Shown here: in pieces, positions 9,605 through 18,257 of the stretch
Layout: each line of letters opens with the position of its first letter
Numbering within the stretch: position 1 is the stretch's first letter
NCBI GenBank assembly: GCA_963771355.1
Contig: CAVYTA010000008.1
Coordinates: 32,001-96,000 of the forward strand
DNA from: an uncultured Candidatus Rokubacteria bacterium
GTDB taxonomy: Bacteria; Methylomirabilota; Methylomirabilia; Rokubacteriales; CSP1-6
Reading direction: 5' to 3'
DNA: 64,000 nucleotides
Notes under the pieces: model-generated
What the model saw: only the letters and a program-made list of their open reading frames with translations
The model's database searches: none
What the model was told of the DNA's origin: nothing
Made by a program: the position numbers and the translations under genes

Positions 9605-10609
9605 GTGGCCACGCCCCTCGGGATCGACGTCCACGCTCACTTCTTCCCCGAGGCCTTCATGCGGGTGATGGAGGAGGCCGGCGCGCCGTTCGGCGCCGGC
9701 GTGCACCGCAACAACCCGAAGGGTCCGGCGCTCTACGTGCGCGACTCGCGCACCCCGCCCCTGGAGGCGCGCTACTGGGACCTGGACCTGCGCCTGAAGT
9801 CCATGAACCGCCAGGGCGTGGCGGTCCAGGCCCTGTCCCTCACGGCTCCGATGGTCTACTGGGCCGACGGGCCGGTGGGCGCGCGCCTCTGCGCCGCCTT
9901 CAACGATGCCGCCAGCGCCGCGCATGTGGCCCATCCCGACCGCTTCGTGGGCTGCGCCACCTTGCCCATGCAGGATCCGCCGCGCGCGCTCGCCGAGCTC
10001 GAGCGCGCGGCACGGCTGCCGGGCATCCGGGGCGTGTACCTCGGCACCAATGTCGGCGGGCGCGAGCTCTCCGATCCCGCGTTCTTCCCCGTGCTCGAGC
10101 GCGCGGCGGCGCTGGGCCTGCCCGTGCTGCTCCACCCCATCAACGTGATCGGGGCCGAGCGCCTCAAGCCCTTCTACCTGAGCAATCTGCTGGGCAATCC
10201 GTTCGATAGCGCGATTGCGGCGGCGCATCTCGTCTTCGGCGGCGTGCTGGACCGGCTGCCGAAGCTGGAGGTCTGCCTGCCCCACGCGGGCGGCGCCCTG
10301 CCGTATCTGCACGGGCGGCTCCGCCACGGCCAGGCGGTGCGGCCCGAGAACCAGGGCGTGGCCAAGAAGCCCTTCAGCGCGTATCTGCGCCGCTTCACCT
10401 ACGACATCATCAGCCACGACCCCGGCGGTCTCCGGTACCTCGTGGCGACGGTGGGGGCCGATCGCGTCGCCCTCGGCACCGACTTCTGCTTCGACATGGG
10501 CTACGAACGGCCGGTGGCGGCCATCCAGGCCAAGGCGGTCGGGCTCAGCCGGAAGGACCAGGACCGCATCATCCGAGGAACGGGCGCCCGGCTCCTGCGC
10601 CTGACCTGA
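9605..10609 (+). CDS. Amidohydrolase family 2 (ACMSD-like decarboxylase/hydratase)
   Basis: IDVHAH, LLHP, HAGGALP, GTDFCFDMG motifs. Confidence 0.88.
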   Translation: MATPLGIDVHAHFFPEAFMRVMEEAGAPFGAGVHRNNPKGPALYVRDSRTPPLEARYWDLDLRLKSMNRQGVAVQALSLTAPMVYWADGPVGARLCAAFNDAASAAHVAHPDRFVGCATLPMQDPPRALAELERAARLPGIRGVYLGTNVGGRELSDPAFFPVLERAAALGLPVLLHPINVIGAERLKPFYLSNLLGNPFDSAIAAAHLVFGGVLDRLPKLEVCLPHAGGALPYLHGRLRHGQAVRPENQGVAKKPFSAYLRRFTYDIISHDPGGLRYLVATVGADRVALGTDFCFDMGYERPVAAIQAKAVGLSRKDQDRIIRGTGARLLRLT

Positions 10610-10616
10610 GCCTGCC

Positions 10617-11477
10617 ATGCGGCCGGACTTCTGGATCATCCAGACGTTCAACGGCCTCTCCTACGGCGCGCTCCTCTTCCTGCTCGCTAGCGGCCTGTCG
10701 CTCATTTTTGGCGTCATGAGAGTGGTCAATCTCGCGCACGGTTCTTACTTCATGCTGGGCGGCTACGTGGGCCTCACGGTGGCGCTGCGGACCCAGAGCT
10801 TCGCGCTGGCCCTGCTGGGCGGCGCGGTGGCCATCGCGCTCATCGGCATGGGCATGGAACGGTTCTTCCTCCGCCGCCTCCGGGGCCAGACGCTGGGCCA
10901 GGTGCTGATGACGGTGGGCTTCGCGCTCATCTTCCAGGACCTGGCGCTCCTCATCTGGGGCGGCGATCCCCATTCCATCCCGGTGCCGCCGCTGCTCTCG
11001 CGCACCTTCCAGATCTCCGGCATCACCTTTTCGACCTATCGCCTCTTCCTGATCGCGGTCGCGTGCGTGGTGGGGGCGGCGCTCTGGCTCCTGCTGGACC
11101 GCACCCGCATCGGCGCGGTGATCCGCGCGGCGGTGGACGACGCGGAGATGGCCGGCGGCGTGGGCATCAACGTGCCGCGCGCGTCCCTGGGCGTGTTCGC
11201 GCTGGGCGCCGGCCTTGCTGCGCTGGGCGGCGTCATCGGCGGCGGCTTCCTCGGCGTCTACCCCGGCGCGGACTTCGAGGTGCTGCCCTATGCCTTCGTG
11301 GTGGTGATCGTGGGCGGGCTCGGAAGCCTGCCCGGCGCCATGCTGGGAAGCCTCCTCGTGGGCCTCCTCGACAATTTCGGCAAGGCGCTCTTCCCCGAGC
11401 TGTCCTACTTCACGCTCTTCGCGCCCATGGCCGCCATTCTCGCCATCCGGCCCACGGGCCTCTTCGGCCGCTCGTGA
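10617..11477 (+). CDS. Branched-chain amino acid-type ABC transporter permease (LivH-like)
   Basis: GLSLIFGVMRVVNLAHG, VVVIVGGLGS, RPTGLFG. Confidence 0.92.
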   Translation: MRPDFWIIQTFNGLSYGALLFLLASGLSLIFGVMRVVNLAHGSYFMLGGYVGLTVALRTQSFALALLGGAVAIALIGMGMERFFLRRLRGQTLGQVLMTVGFALIFQDLALLIWGGDPHSIPVPPLLSRTFQISGITFSTYRLFLIAVACVVGAALWLLLDRTRIGAVIRAAVDDAEMAGGVGINVPRASLGVFALGAGLAALGGVIGGGFLGVYPGADFEVLPYAFVVVIVGGLGSLPGAMLGSLLVGLLDNFGKALFPELSYFTLFAPMAAILAIRPTGLFGRS

Positions 11478-12400
11478 TCCGCCGCCGCGCGCTGCTCGCC
11501 GGCGGAGTCACTGCGCTCCTCGCCCTCGCGGCCCCCTTCCTGCCCGCGTATCCGCTGACGCTCGTCACCCAGGCCCTCATCGTCGCCGTCCTCGCCATGA
11601 GCCTCGACGTGCTGCTGGGATATACCGGCATGCCGTCCCTGGGCCATGCCGCCTACTGGGGGGTGGGTGCCTATGCGGTGGCGCTGCTCGCCACCGAGCG
11701 CGGCGTCGGCCTCGGGGGCTGTCTCGTCGCCGGCGTGCTGCTCGCGGGCGCCACCGCGGCCGTCTTCGGCCTCGTCGCCATCCGCGCCGCCGGCACGTAC
11801 TTCCTCATGATCACGCTCGCGCTCGGCATGGTGGTCTGGGGCCTGGCCTTCCGGTGGGTCTCCCTCACCAAGGGCGACAACGGGGTATCCGGCGTGCCGC
11901 GCCCGAGCCTGCCGGGCGTGGGCGTCCTCGACGCGCCGCTGCCCTTCTTCTACTTCGCGCTCGCCGCCGCCTTCCTGGCCTGGGCGCTGCTGGGGCTGCT
12001 CGTCGCCTCGCCCTTCGGTCTCACCTTGCGGGGGATCCGCGAGAGCGAGTCGCGCATGCGGAGCCTCGGCTATCACGTGTGGCTGCACAAGTATCTCGCC
12101 TTCGTGCTGTCCGGCACGGTGGCGGGCTGGGGCGGCGTGCTCTGGGCCTACTACAACGGCTTCGTCTCGCCCACCGACGTGCAGCTCATCACCTCGGTGG
12201 AGGCGCTCCTCATGGTGGCCCTGGGCGGTCCGGGCACCCTGGTCGGCTCGGTGCTGGGCGCGGGCGTCATCGTGTTCCTCAAGAACTTCGTCAGCCTCTA
12301 CACCAAGCGCTGGCTGCTCATCCTGGGCGGCGTGTACATCGGCGTCATCCTCTTCGCGCCCCGCGGCGTGATGGGGGCCCTCCGGGGCCGGCCACGCTAG
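11474..12400 (+). CDS. Branched-chain amino acid-type ABC transporter permease (LivM-like)
   Basis: GYTGMPSLGHAA, YFLMITLA, IRESESR; GTGA overlap with livH-like gene. Confidence 0.9.
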   Translation: MIRRRALLAGGVTALLALAAPFLPAYPLTLVTQALIVAVLAMSLDVLLGYTGMPSLGHAAYWGVGAYAVALLATERGVGLGGCLVAGVLLAGATAAVFGLVAIRAAGTYFLMITLALGMVVWGLAFRWVSLTKGDNGVSGVPRPSLPGVGVLDAPLPFFYFALAAAFLAWALLGLLVASPFGLTLRGIRESESRMRSLGYHVWLHKYLAFVLSGTVAGWGGVLWAYYNGFVSPTDVQLITSVEALLMVALGGPGTLVGSVLGAGVIVFLKNFVSLYTKRWLLILGGVYIGVILFAPRGVMGALRGRPR

Positions 12401-13131
12401 CCCTCACCCTCGCGGGCGTGTCGAAGTCCTTCGGCGGGCTCCGCGCGGTGGAGGACGTGACGCTCAGCGTGCGCCCGGGCGAGCGCCGCGCCCTCATCGG
12501 GCCGAACGGCGCCGGCAAGACCACGCTGTTCAACCTGATCTCGGGCACGCTGCCGGTGTCGGACGGCGCCATCTCGCTCTTCGGGCAGGACGTGACGCGC
12601 GCCCCCACGCACCGGCGCGCGGCGCTGGGGCTGGCGCGCACCTTCCAGATCACCAATCTCTTTCCCGACCTCACCGTGCTGGAGAACTGTCTTCTCGCCG
12701 TCCAGGCGCTGTCCCCAGTGAAGTTCAGCATGCTGCGCCCGATGACCGCGTACGGGGCCCTGCACGAGCGCGCCCGCGCCATGCTGGAGGCGGTGGGCCT
12801 GGAGGCAGTGGCGGAGGCGCGGGTGAACGTCCTGTCCCACGGGGAGCAGCGCCAGCTCGAGATCGCGCTGGCCCTGGCGGGCCGCCCGCGCGTGCTCCTC
12901 CTCGACGAGCCCACCGCGGGCCTCTCGCCGGCAGAGTCGCGGCTGATGGCGGCGCTCCTCGCCCGGCTCGATCCCGCCATCACCGTGCTCATGATCGAGC
13001 ACGACATGGACATCGCGCTGGAGCTCTCCCCCACCGTGACCGTGCTTCACTACGGCCGCGTCATCGCGGACGGCTCCCGCGAGGCGATCCGGGCCGATCC
13101 ACAGGTGCGAGAGATCTACCTCGGTGGCTGA
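12394..13131 (+). CDS. ABC transporter ATP-binding protein (LivG-like); start ambiguous (ACG 12394 or GTG 12418)
   Basis: GPNGAGKTT, RTFQ, LSHGEQ, LLLDEP, IEHDM. Confidence 0.9.
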   Translation, partial: TLALTLAGVSKSFGGLRAVEDVTLSVRPGERRALIGPNGAGKTTLFNLISGTLPVSDGAISLFGQDVTRAPTHRRAALGLARTFQITNLFPDLTVLENCLLAVQALSPVKFSMLRPMTAYGALHERARAMLEAVGLEAVAEARVNVLSHGEQRQLEIALALAGRPRVLLLDEPTAGLSPAESRLMAALLARLDPAITVLMIEHDMDIALELSPTVTVLHYGRVIADGSREAIRADPQVREIYLGG

Positions 13132-13852
13132 ATCCGGCGCGGTCGTGGGGAAGGTGCCAGTGCTCGAGGTGGAAAACGTCCACACCTACTACGGCGCGAG
13201 CCACGTGCTCCAGGGGATCTCGCTCCGCGTGGCCGAGGGCGAGGTGCTCACCATCCTGGGCCGGAACGGCACGGGCAAGACCACGCTCATTCGCTCCATC
13301 ATCGGGTTCTCGCCGCCAAGGCGCGGCGCGGTGCGATTCCGCGGGACCGACATCACCCGCTGGCCGTCGTACCGGATGGTCGCGGCGGGCATGGCGCTGG
13401 TGCCGCAGGGGCGGCGGGTGTTTCCCTCGCTCAGCGTGCGCGAGAACCTCGAGGTCGCGGCGGGCGGGCGCGGGCAGTGGAATGTCGAGCGGGTGTGCGG
13501 CCTCTTCCCGCGCCTGGCCGAGCGGGCGGGCAACCGCGCGAACAAGCTGTCCGGCGGCGAGCAGCAGATGCTCGCCATCGGCCGCGCGCTGATGACCAAC
13601 CCGATCCTGCTCCTCCTCGACGAGCCCACGGAGGGCCTGGCGCCGCTGCTGGTGCGCGAGGTCGGCCGCGTGCTGAGCGAGCTGCGGCGCGAGGGCCTGT
13701 CGATCCTTCTGGTCGAGCAGAACCTGCCGCTGGCGCTCTCGGTGGCGGACCGCGCCCAGATCCTGAGCCGCGGCCAGATCGTCCACTCGGGCACGCCCGC
13801 CGAGCTGGCCGCGAACGAGGACGTGAAATCGCGCTATCTTGGGATCACGTGA
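13124..13852 (+). CDS. ABC transporter ATP-binding protein (LivF-like)
   Basis: GRNGTGKTT, LSGGEQQM, LLLDEPTEGLAP, VEQN. Confidence 0.92.
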   Translation: MAESGAVVGKVPVLEVENVHTYYGASHVLQGISLRVAEGEVLTILGRNGTGKTTLIRSIIGFSPPRRGAVRFRGTDITRWPSYRMVAAGMALVPQGRRVFPSLSVRENLEVAAGGRGQWNVERVCGLFPRLAERAGNRANKLSGGEQQMLAIGRALMTNPILLLLDEPTEGLAPLLVREVGRVLSELRREGLSILLVEQNLPLALSVADRAQILSRGQIVHSGTPAELAANEDVKSRYLGIT

Positions 13853-13863
13853 GGAGGTTCGGC

Positions 13864-14925
13864 ATGCGCTTCGGCACCTTCTACTTCTTCCAGGCTCCGC
13901 CGGGCCACCGGCACGAGGACATCATCCGCCGCGAGCTCGAGCAGATCGAGTGGACGGAGGAGCTGGGCTTCGACGAGGCGTGGCTCACCGAGCATCACTT
14001 CATCGACTACGGCCTCTCGGTGGATCCCGCCAGTCTCGCCGCCGCGGCCGCCTCGCGCACCCGGCGCATTCGCATCGGCCTTGCCGCCGCCATCTTGCCC
14101 TTTCACCACCCCCTGCGCCTGGCCGAGCAGATGGCGCTGGTGGACATCATCTCCGGCGGGCGGCTCGACGTGGGCGTGGGGCGTGGCAACCGGCCCGCCG
14201 AGTTCCGCGGCTTCCGCGTGCCGCAGGAGCAGAGCCGCGACCGCTTCGACGAGGCGGTGGAGATCCTCCAGCGCGCCTGGACGGAGGAGCGATTCAGCTA
14301 CGACGGCCGCTTCTTCCAGGTGCCGGAGATCTCGGTGATCCCCAAGCCGGTGCAGAAGCCGCACCCGCCGCTCTACCAGGTCTGCGTGAGCAAGGACGGC
14401 ATCGAGAACACCGCGCTGCGTGGCTGGCCCATGCTCAACTCCGTGCTCTTCGGGCCGGTGGAGCAGCTCATCGGCAACCGCGACACCTACGTGGACACGC
14501 TGAAGAAGGCGGGCCGCCGCCCGGACGAGATCGCCGCGCTCCTCGGCCGCTGGGGCGTGTCCCGCCAGATCTACGTGGCGGACACCGACGCGCGCGCGCT
14601 GGCCGAGACCAAGGACGCCGAGCTCTGGTACCAGGAGTCATTCAAGCGGTTCGTCATCCCGGATCGGATCGACGACGCACATCCCACGCTCCAGCCCGGC
14701 TTCCGCGCCATGGCCCAGCGGCTCTCCCAGGTGACGTGGGAAGGCCTGGTGAAGGAGACCCTGGCCTTCGGCTCGCCCGACACCGTGGCGCGCCACATCG
14801 AGACCATGCGCCAGATGGGCGTGGGCCAGGTGATGTGCTGGATGAACTTCGGCGGGCTGCCCCAGGACAAGATCCGCCGCTCCATGGAGCTCTTCGCCCG
14901 CGAGGTCATGCCCCGGTTCCGATGA
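13864..14925 (+). CDS. Luciferase-like (LLM class) flavin-dependent oxidoreductase
   Basis: MRFGTF, WLTEHHF, HPLRLAEQ, GRLDVGVGRG, FAREVMP; GAGGAGG RBS. Confidence 0.92.
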   Translation: MRFGTFYFFQAPPGHRHEDIIRRELEQIEWTEELGFDEAWLTEHHFIDYGLSVDPASLAAAAASRTRRIRIGLAAAILPFHHPLRLAEQMALVDIISGGRLDVGVGRGNRPAEFRGFRVPQEQSRDRFDEAVEILQRAWTEERFSYDGRFFQVPEISVIPKPVQKPHPPLYQVCVSKDGIENTALRGWPMLNSVLFGPVEQLIGNRDTYVDTLKKAGRRPDEIAALLGRWGVSRQIYVADTDARALAETKDAELWYQESFKRFVIPDRIDDAHPTLQPGFRAMAQRLSQVTWEGLVKETLAFGSPDTVARHIETMRQMGVGQVMCWMNFGGLPQDKIRRSMELFAREVMPRFR

Positions 14926-14956
14926 GGAGACGGTAAGGCGACGCCCCGAGGAGACG

Positions 14957-15731
14957 ATGAAGACCAACTACCGCCTGGAAGGCCCCGCCGACGCGCCCGT
15001 CGTCACGCTGGCCCATCCGCTCGGCGCCACCCTCGCGATGTGGGACGCGCAGGTGGCGGCGCTGCGGCCCCGCTACCGCGTGCTCCGCTACGACATCCGC
15101 GGCCACGGCGGCACCGAGGTCCCGCCCGGCCCCTACACGCTGGAGCAGATGGCCGACGACCTCCTCGCGCTGCTCGAACCAGCTCGGGATCCGCGAGACC
15201 CACTTCGTGGGCCTCTCCATGGGCGGCCTCATCGGCATGACGGCGGCGCTCCGCTTTCCCGACCGCATCCGCCGCCTCGTCCTCTGCGACACCACCGCGC
15301 AGTACGGTCCGGCGGTGGAGGGGATGTGGCACGAGCGCCTGCGGGTGGCGGAGACGGAGGGCATGACGGAGAGCCTCATCGAGCGCACCATGGCCATCTG
15401 GTTCACCGCGAAGTTCCGCGCGGAGCACGCGGCCCAGGTGGACCGCGTGCGCGCCATGCTCCGCGCCACCGATCCCCGCGGCTACGCGGCGTCCATCCGC
15501 GCCATCGGCTTCGTGAACCTCATTCCCCGCCTCGGCGCCATCCGCTCGCCCACGCTCGTCATCGTCGGCGAGCAGGATCCCGGCACCCCGCTCACCATGG
15601 CCGAGGTGCTCCACGCGAAGATCCCGGGCGCGCGCCTGGTGGTGCTGCCCGGCGCCATGCACTGCTCCGCGGTGGAGGAGGCGGCGGCCTTCAACCGCGC
15701 GGTGGGGGAGTTTCTCGCCGGGGGGAAGTGA
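14957..15731 (+). pseudogene. pcaD: 3-oxoadipate enol-lactonase-like alpha/beta hydrolase, split by a 1-bp insertion (possible sequencing error)
   Basis: RYDIRGHG in the first frame; HFVGLSMGG nucleophile motif and remainder in the next frame; removing one A at 15177-15178 restores LDQLGIRETHFVGLSMGG. Confidence 0.8.
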
Positions 15732-15955
15732 CGGCGAAGCCGATCACTGCGTCGGCAGCCTGCTCTCGGCCATGCTCAGCTCGAATGAGGTGCGATCCGG
15801 CGGCGTCCCGAAGATGGTGAAGTACGTGCCCTGCTGCCGCCCGAGCTTCACCTGGGACTGCTCGGCGCACCGCCTGCCCGGACGAGAGCGATTCCCTTCG
15901 GCCGCCCCGGGGCACGCTATACTCAGCCTCCAACCCGCTCGAACAGGAGGCCTTC

Positions 15956-16741
15956 ATGGTGGGCTCGGGGGAGGAGCTTCCGGCGGGCCGGAATCGGGTC
16001 ACCGTCCTCACCTCCGTCGTGCTTCTCGTCATCGCCGCCGGCGCGTGGGTGACCGTGATCCAGTCCAGCCGGCGAGGCGACGACATGATGATGACGATGC
16101 CGATGCCGGCGACGGCCGCCGCCGGCTTCGCCTTCGTGGTGAGCTGGGGCATCATGATGACCGCGATGATGTTGCCGAGCGCGCTCCCGATGATCTCGCT
16201 GTACGGCGCGATTCAGCGGGGTGCGGGTAGCGCGGGCGCGAAAGGACTGCCCGTCGCGGGGTTCACCGCCGTCTACCTTCTCCTGTGGGCCGCGAGCGGG
16301 GTCCCGGTCTATTTCGCTCATACCCTCCTGATGCAGCTTCCCGGGTCCGCGTTCGGCTATGGGGTCGCGGTGATCCTGCTGGCGGCGGGAGCCTTCCAGC
16401 TCTCGCCGCTCAAGCAGATGTGTCTTCGCGCGTGTCGGAGCCCGCTGGCCTTTCTCCTCGGCCACTGGCGCGCGGGCCGCCGGGGCAGCCTTGCGCTCGG
16501 CTGGTCGCATGCGGTGTACTGTCTTGGATGTTGCTGGGCGCTCATGCTGGTGCTCGTCGCCGCCGGCGCAATGGGTCTCCGGTGGGTGCTCCTCATCACC
16601 GCCGTGGTGGCAGCCGAGAAGCTGCTACCGGGCGGCGAATGGTTCGCGCGGGCCGCCGGCGCGGCCCTCTTGCTTCTCGGCGTAACGGTGGCACTCCGTC
16701 CCGATCTCGTGACGGTGCTGCGGGGCGGTCACGGGATGTGA
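15956..16741 (+). CDS. DUF2182 predicted metal-binding membrane protein
   Basis: MMTAMMLPS, QLSPLKQMCLRACRSP, YCLGCCWALM, AEKLLP; AGGAGG RBS. Confidence 0.88.
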   Translation: MVGSGEELPAGRNRVTVLTSVVLLVIAAGAWVTVIQSSRRGDDMMMTMPMPATAAAGFAFVVSWGIMMTAMMLPSALPMISLYGAIQRGAGSAGAKGLPVAGFTAVYLLLWAASGVPVYFAHTLLMQLPGSAFGYGVAVILLAAGAFQLSPLKQMCLRACRSPLAFLLGHWRAGRRGSLALGWSHAVYCLGCCWALMLVLVAAGAMGLRWVLLITAVVAAEKLLPGGEWFARAAGAALLLLGVTVALRPDLVTVLRGGHGM

Positions 16742-16769
16742 TCGCGCGTGGCCCCAGTGGAGGTTGCTC

Positions 16770-17391
16770 ATGGCGAAGTCCCAGTGGAAGATCAGCGGCG
16801 ACTACTTCGAGGCGTGTAGCTGCGACTCCGTGTGCCCGTGCCCGACCTCGGGCCTGGCCGCCCGGCCGACCAAGGAGGCCTGCGACGCCGGCCTCGTCTT
16901 CCATGTCGAGCGCGGCGCGCACGGAACGACCACGCTCGACGGGCTCAGCTTCGCGGTGCTCCTCCACACCCCGGGGCCGATGATCGCGGGAAACTGGACC
17001 GTGGGCGTGATCGTGGACGAGCGAGCCACCGCCGAGCAGCGCGAAGCCCTCGTGGCGATCGGGAGCGGGCAGAGCGGGGGGCCCATGGCGGCGGTGGGAC
17101 CGCTGGTGGGCACGTTCGCCGGCGTGGAAAGCAAGCCGATCCGGATCGAGCGCGAGGGGATGCGCCGGTCCGTGTCGATACCCGGCATGCTCGACATCGC
17201 CGTGGAGGGCATTCCCGGCGCCAGCCCCGACCGAGCCGATCTACCTCGACAACGTCGGCCACCCCGCCGCGAGCCGCCTCGCTCTGGCCAAGGCGTCGCG
17301 AGGCCACCTGCACGCCTTCGGGATCAACTGGGACGACACCTCCGGCAAGATCAACGGCCACTTCGCGCCGTTCGCTTGGAGCTCGAGCTAG
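16770..17391 (+). pseudogene. DUF1326 family protein, split by a 1-bp insertion (possible sequencing error)
   Basis: WKISGDYFEACSCDSVCPC; removing one C at 17225-17228 gives PTEPIYLDNVGHP...NGHFAPFAWSSS ending at TAG 17389-17391. Confidence 0.82.
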
Positions 17392-17400
17392 CCTATTTTG

Positions 17401-17727
17401 TCACCCCCGATCGACAAGGACGAAGACACACCCCGTTTCTGAATGCACGTCTGCGTCGACAGATCCCGCGCTGGCGACGCTCGCCCATCCGGGACCCAGA
17501 CGGCGCCCGTCTTGGACGAGCTCGCCCTCCAGGATGAACAGGAACTCAGGGCTCTCGTGGGTATGCGGGGGGAATCGCGCTCCCGGTTCGAGCCGGACGA
17601 TCTGCATCTCCCAACCGTCCGTGACGGCGATGTCCCTCACGAAGATCCCGGCCGCCATCGTCGATGGCCGCCAGGGCAGATCATCGACGTTGACCGACCG
17701 GAAAGAACCGCGCGCGAGTGCGCTCAT
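17401..17727 (-). CDS. ChrR-like cupin domain protein
   Basis: LPWRPS, PGARFPPHTHESPEFLFILEGE, SETGC. Confidence 0.8.
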   Translation of the reverse strand: MSALARGSFRSVNVDDLPWRPSTMAAGIFVRDIAVTDGWEMQIVRLEPGARFPPHTHESPEFLFILEGELVQDGRRLGPGWASVASAGSVDADVHSETGCVFVLVDRG

Positions 17728-18251
17728 GGTTTCCTCTGGTCCGCGGTGCGGACCCTCCAGAGAGTGAAGCAGACCGCGCCGAAGAGTGCCGCCGCGATAC
17801 ACGCAAGGTGGAGCTGCGCCACGCCGACGAGCCCGAGGAAAGGATTGTGATCGGACCAGGGCATGAAGGGGCGTACGTCGGGATGCATGAGGCCATCCAG
17901 AAGCGGATGCGACAGGCCGCCGGTGAGACCCCCCACGAGTAGGCCCAGCGACGAGACTTCACCTCGTGCCCTCGAAGCGGGACCCGCGAGCGGCGCGACG
18001 AGCCGTGGAAAGACGACCGCGGACGCACGCACGATGACGAGGCCCAAGATGGCCACGACCAACCCGGCCGCCGTCGCGCCGAGGAATGAGTGGAAGAAGC
18101 GGTGCACCGGGTATTCCTGGCGGACCAAGTAGTAGAGCGTCTCGCAGTCGATGAGCACCTGGGCGGCGACAAAGGCGGACCACGAGAACACCGGGGCGGC
18201 GACGCCCTTGAGCGCAAGGCCCGGTCCGAAGTGGAAGGGGGTGAACGGCAA
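17724..18251 (-). CDS. DUF4184-like / YdjM-like membrane metal-dependent hydrolase
   Basis: MPFTPFHFGP, HRFFHS, SHPLLDGLMH. Confidence 0.75.
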   Translation of the reverse strand: MPFTPFHFGPGLALKGVAAPVFSWSAFVAAQVLIDCETLYYLVRQEYPVHRFFHSFLGATAAGLVVAILGLVIVRASAVVFPRLVAPLAGPASRARGEVSSLGLLVGGLTGGLSHPLLDGLMHPDVRPFMPWSDHNPFLGLVGVAQLHLACIAAALFGAVCFTLWRVRTADQRKP

Positions 18252-18257
18252 CTCGGT

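Noticed and set aside
15170..17230. Programmed ribosomal frameshifting in the pcaD-like and DUF1326 genes
   Set aside because: No slippery heptamer or stimulator seen; several unrelated genes show the same 1-bp insertion pattern
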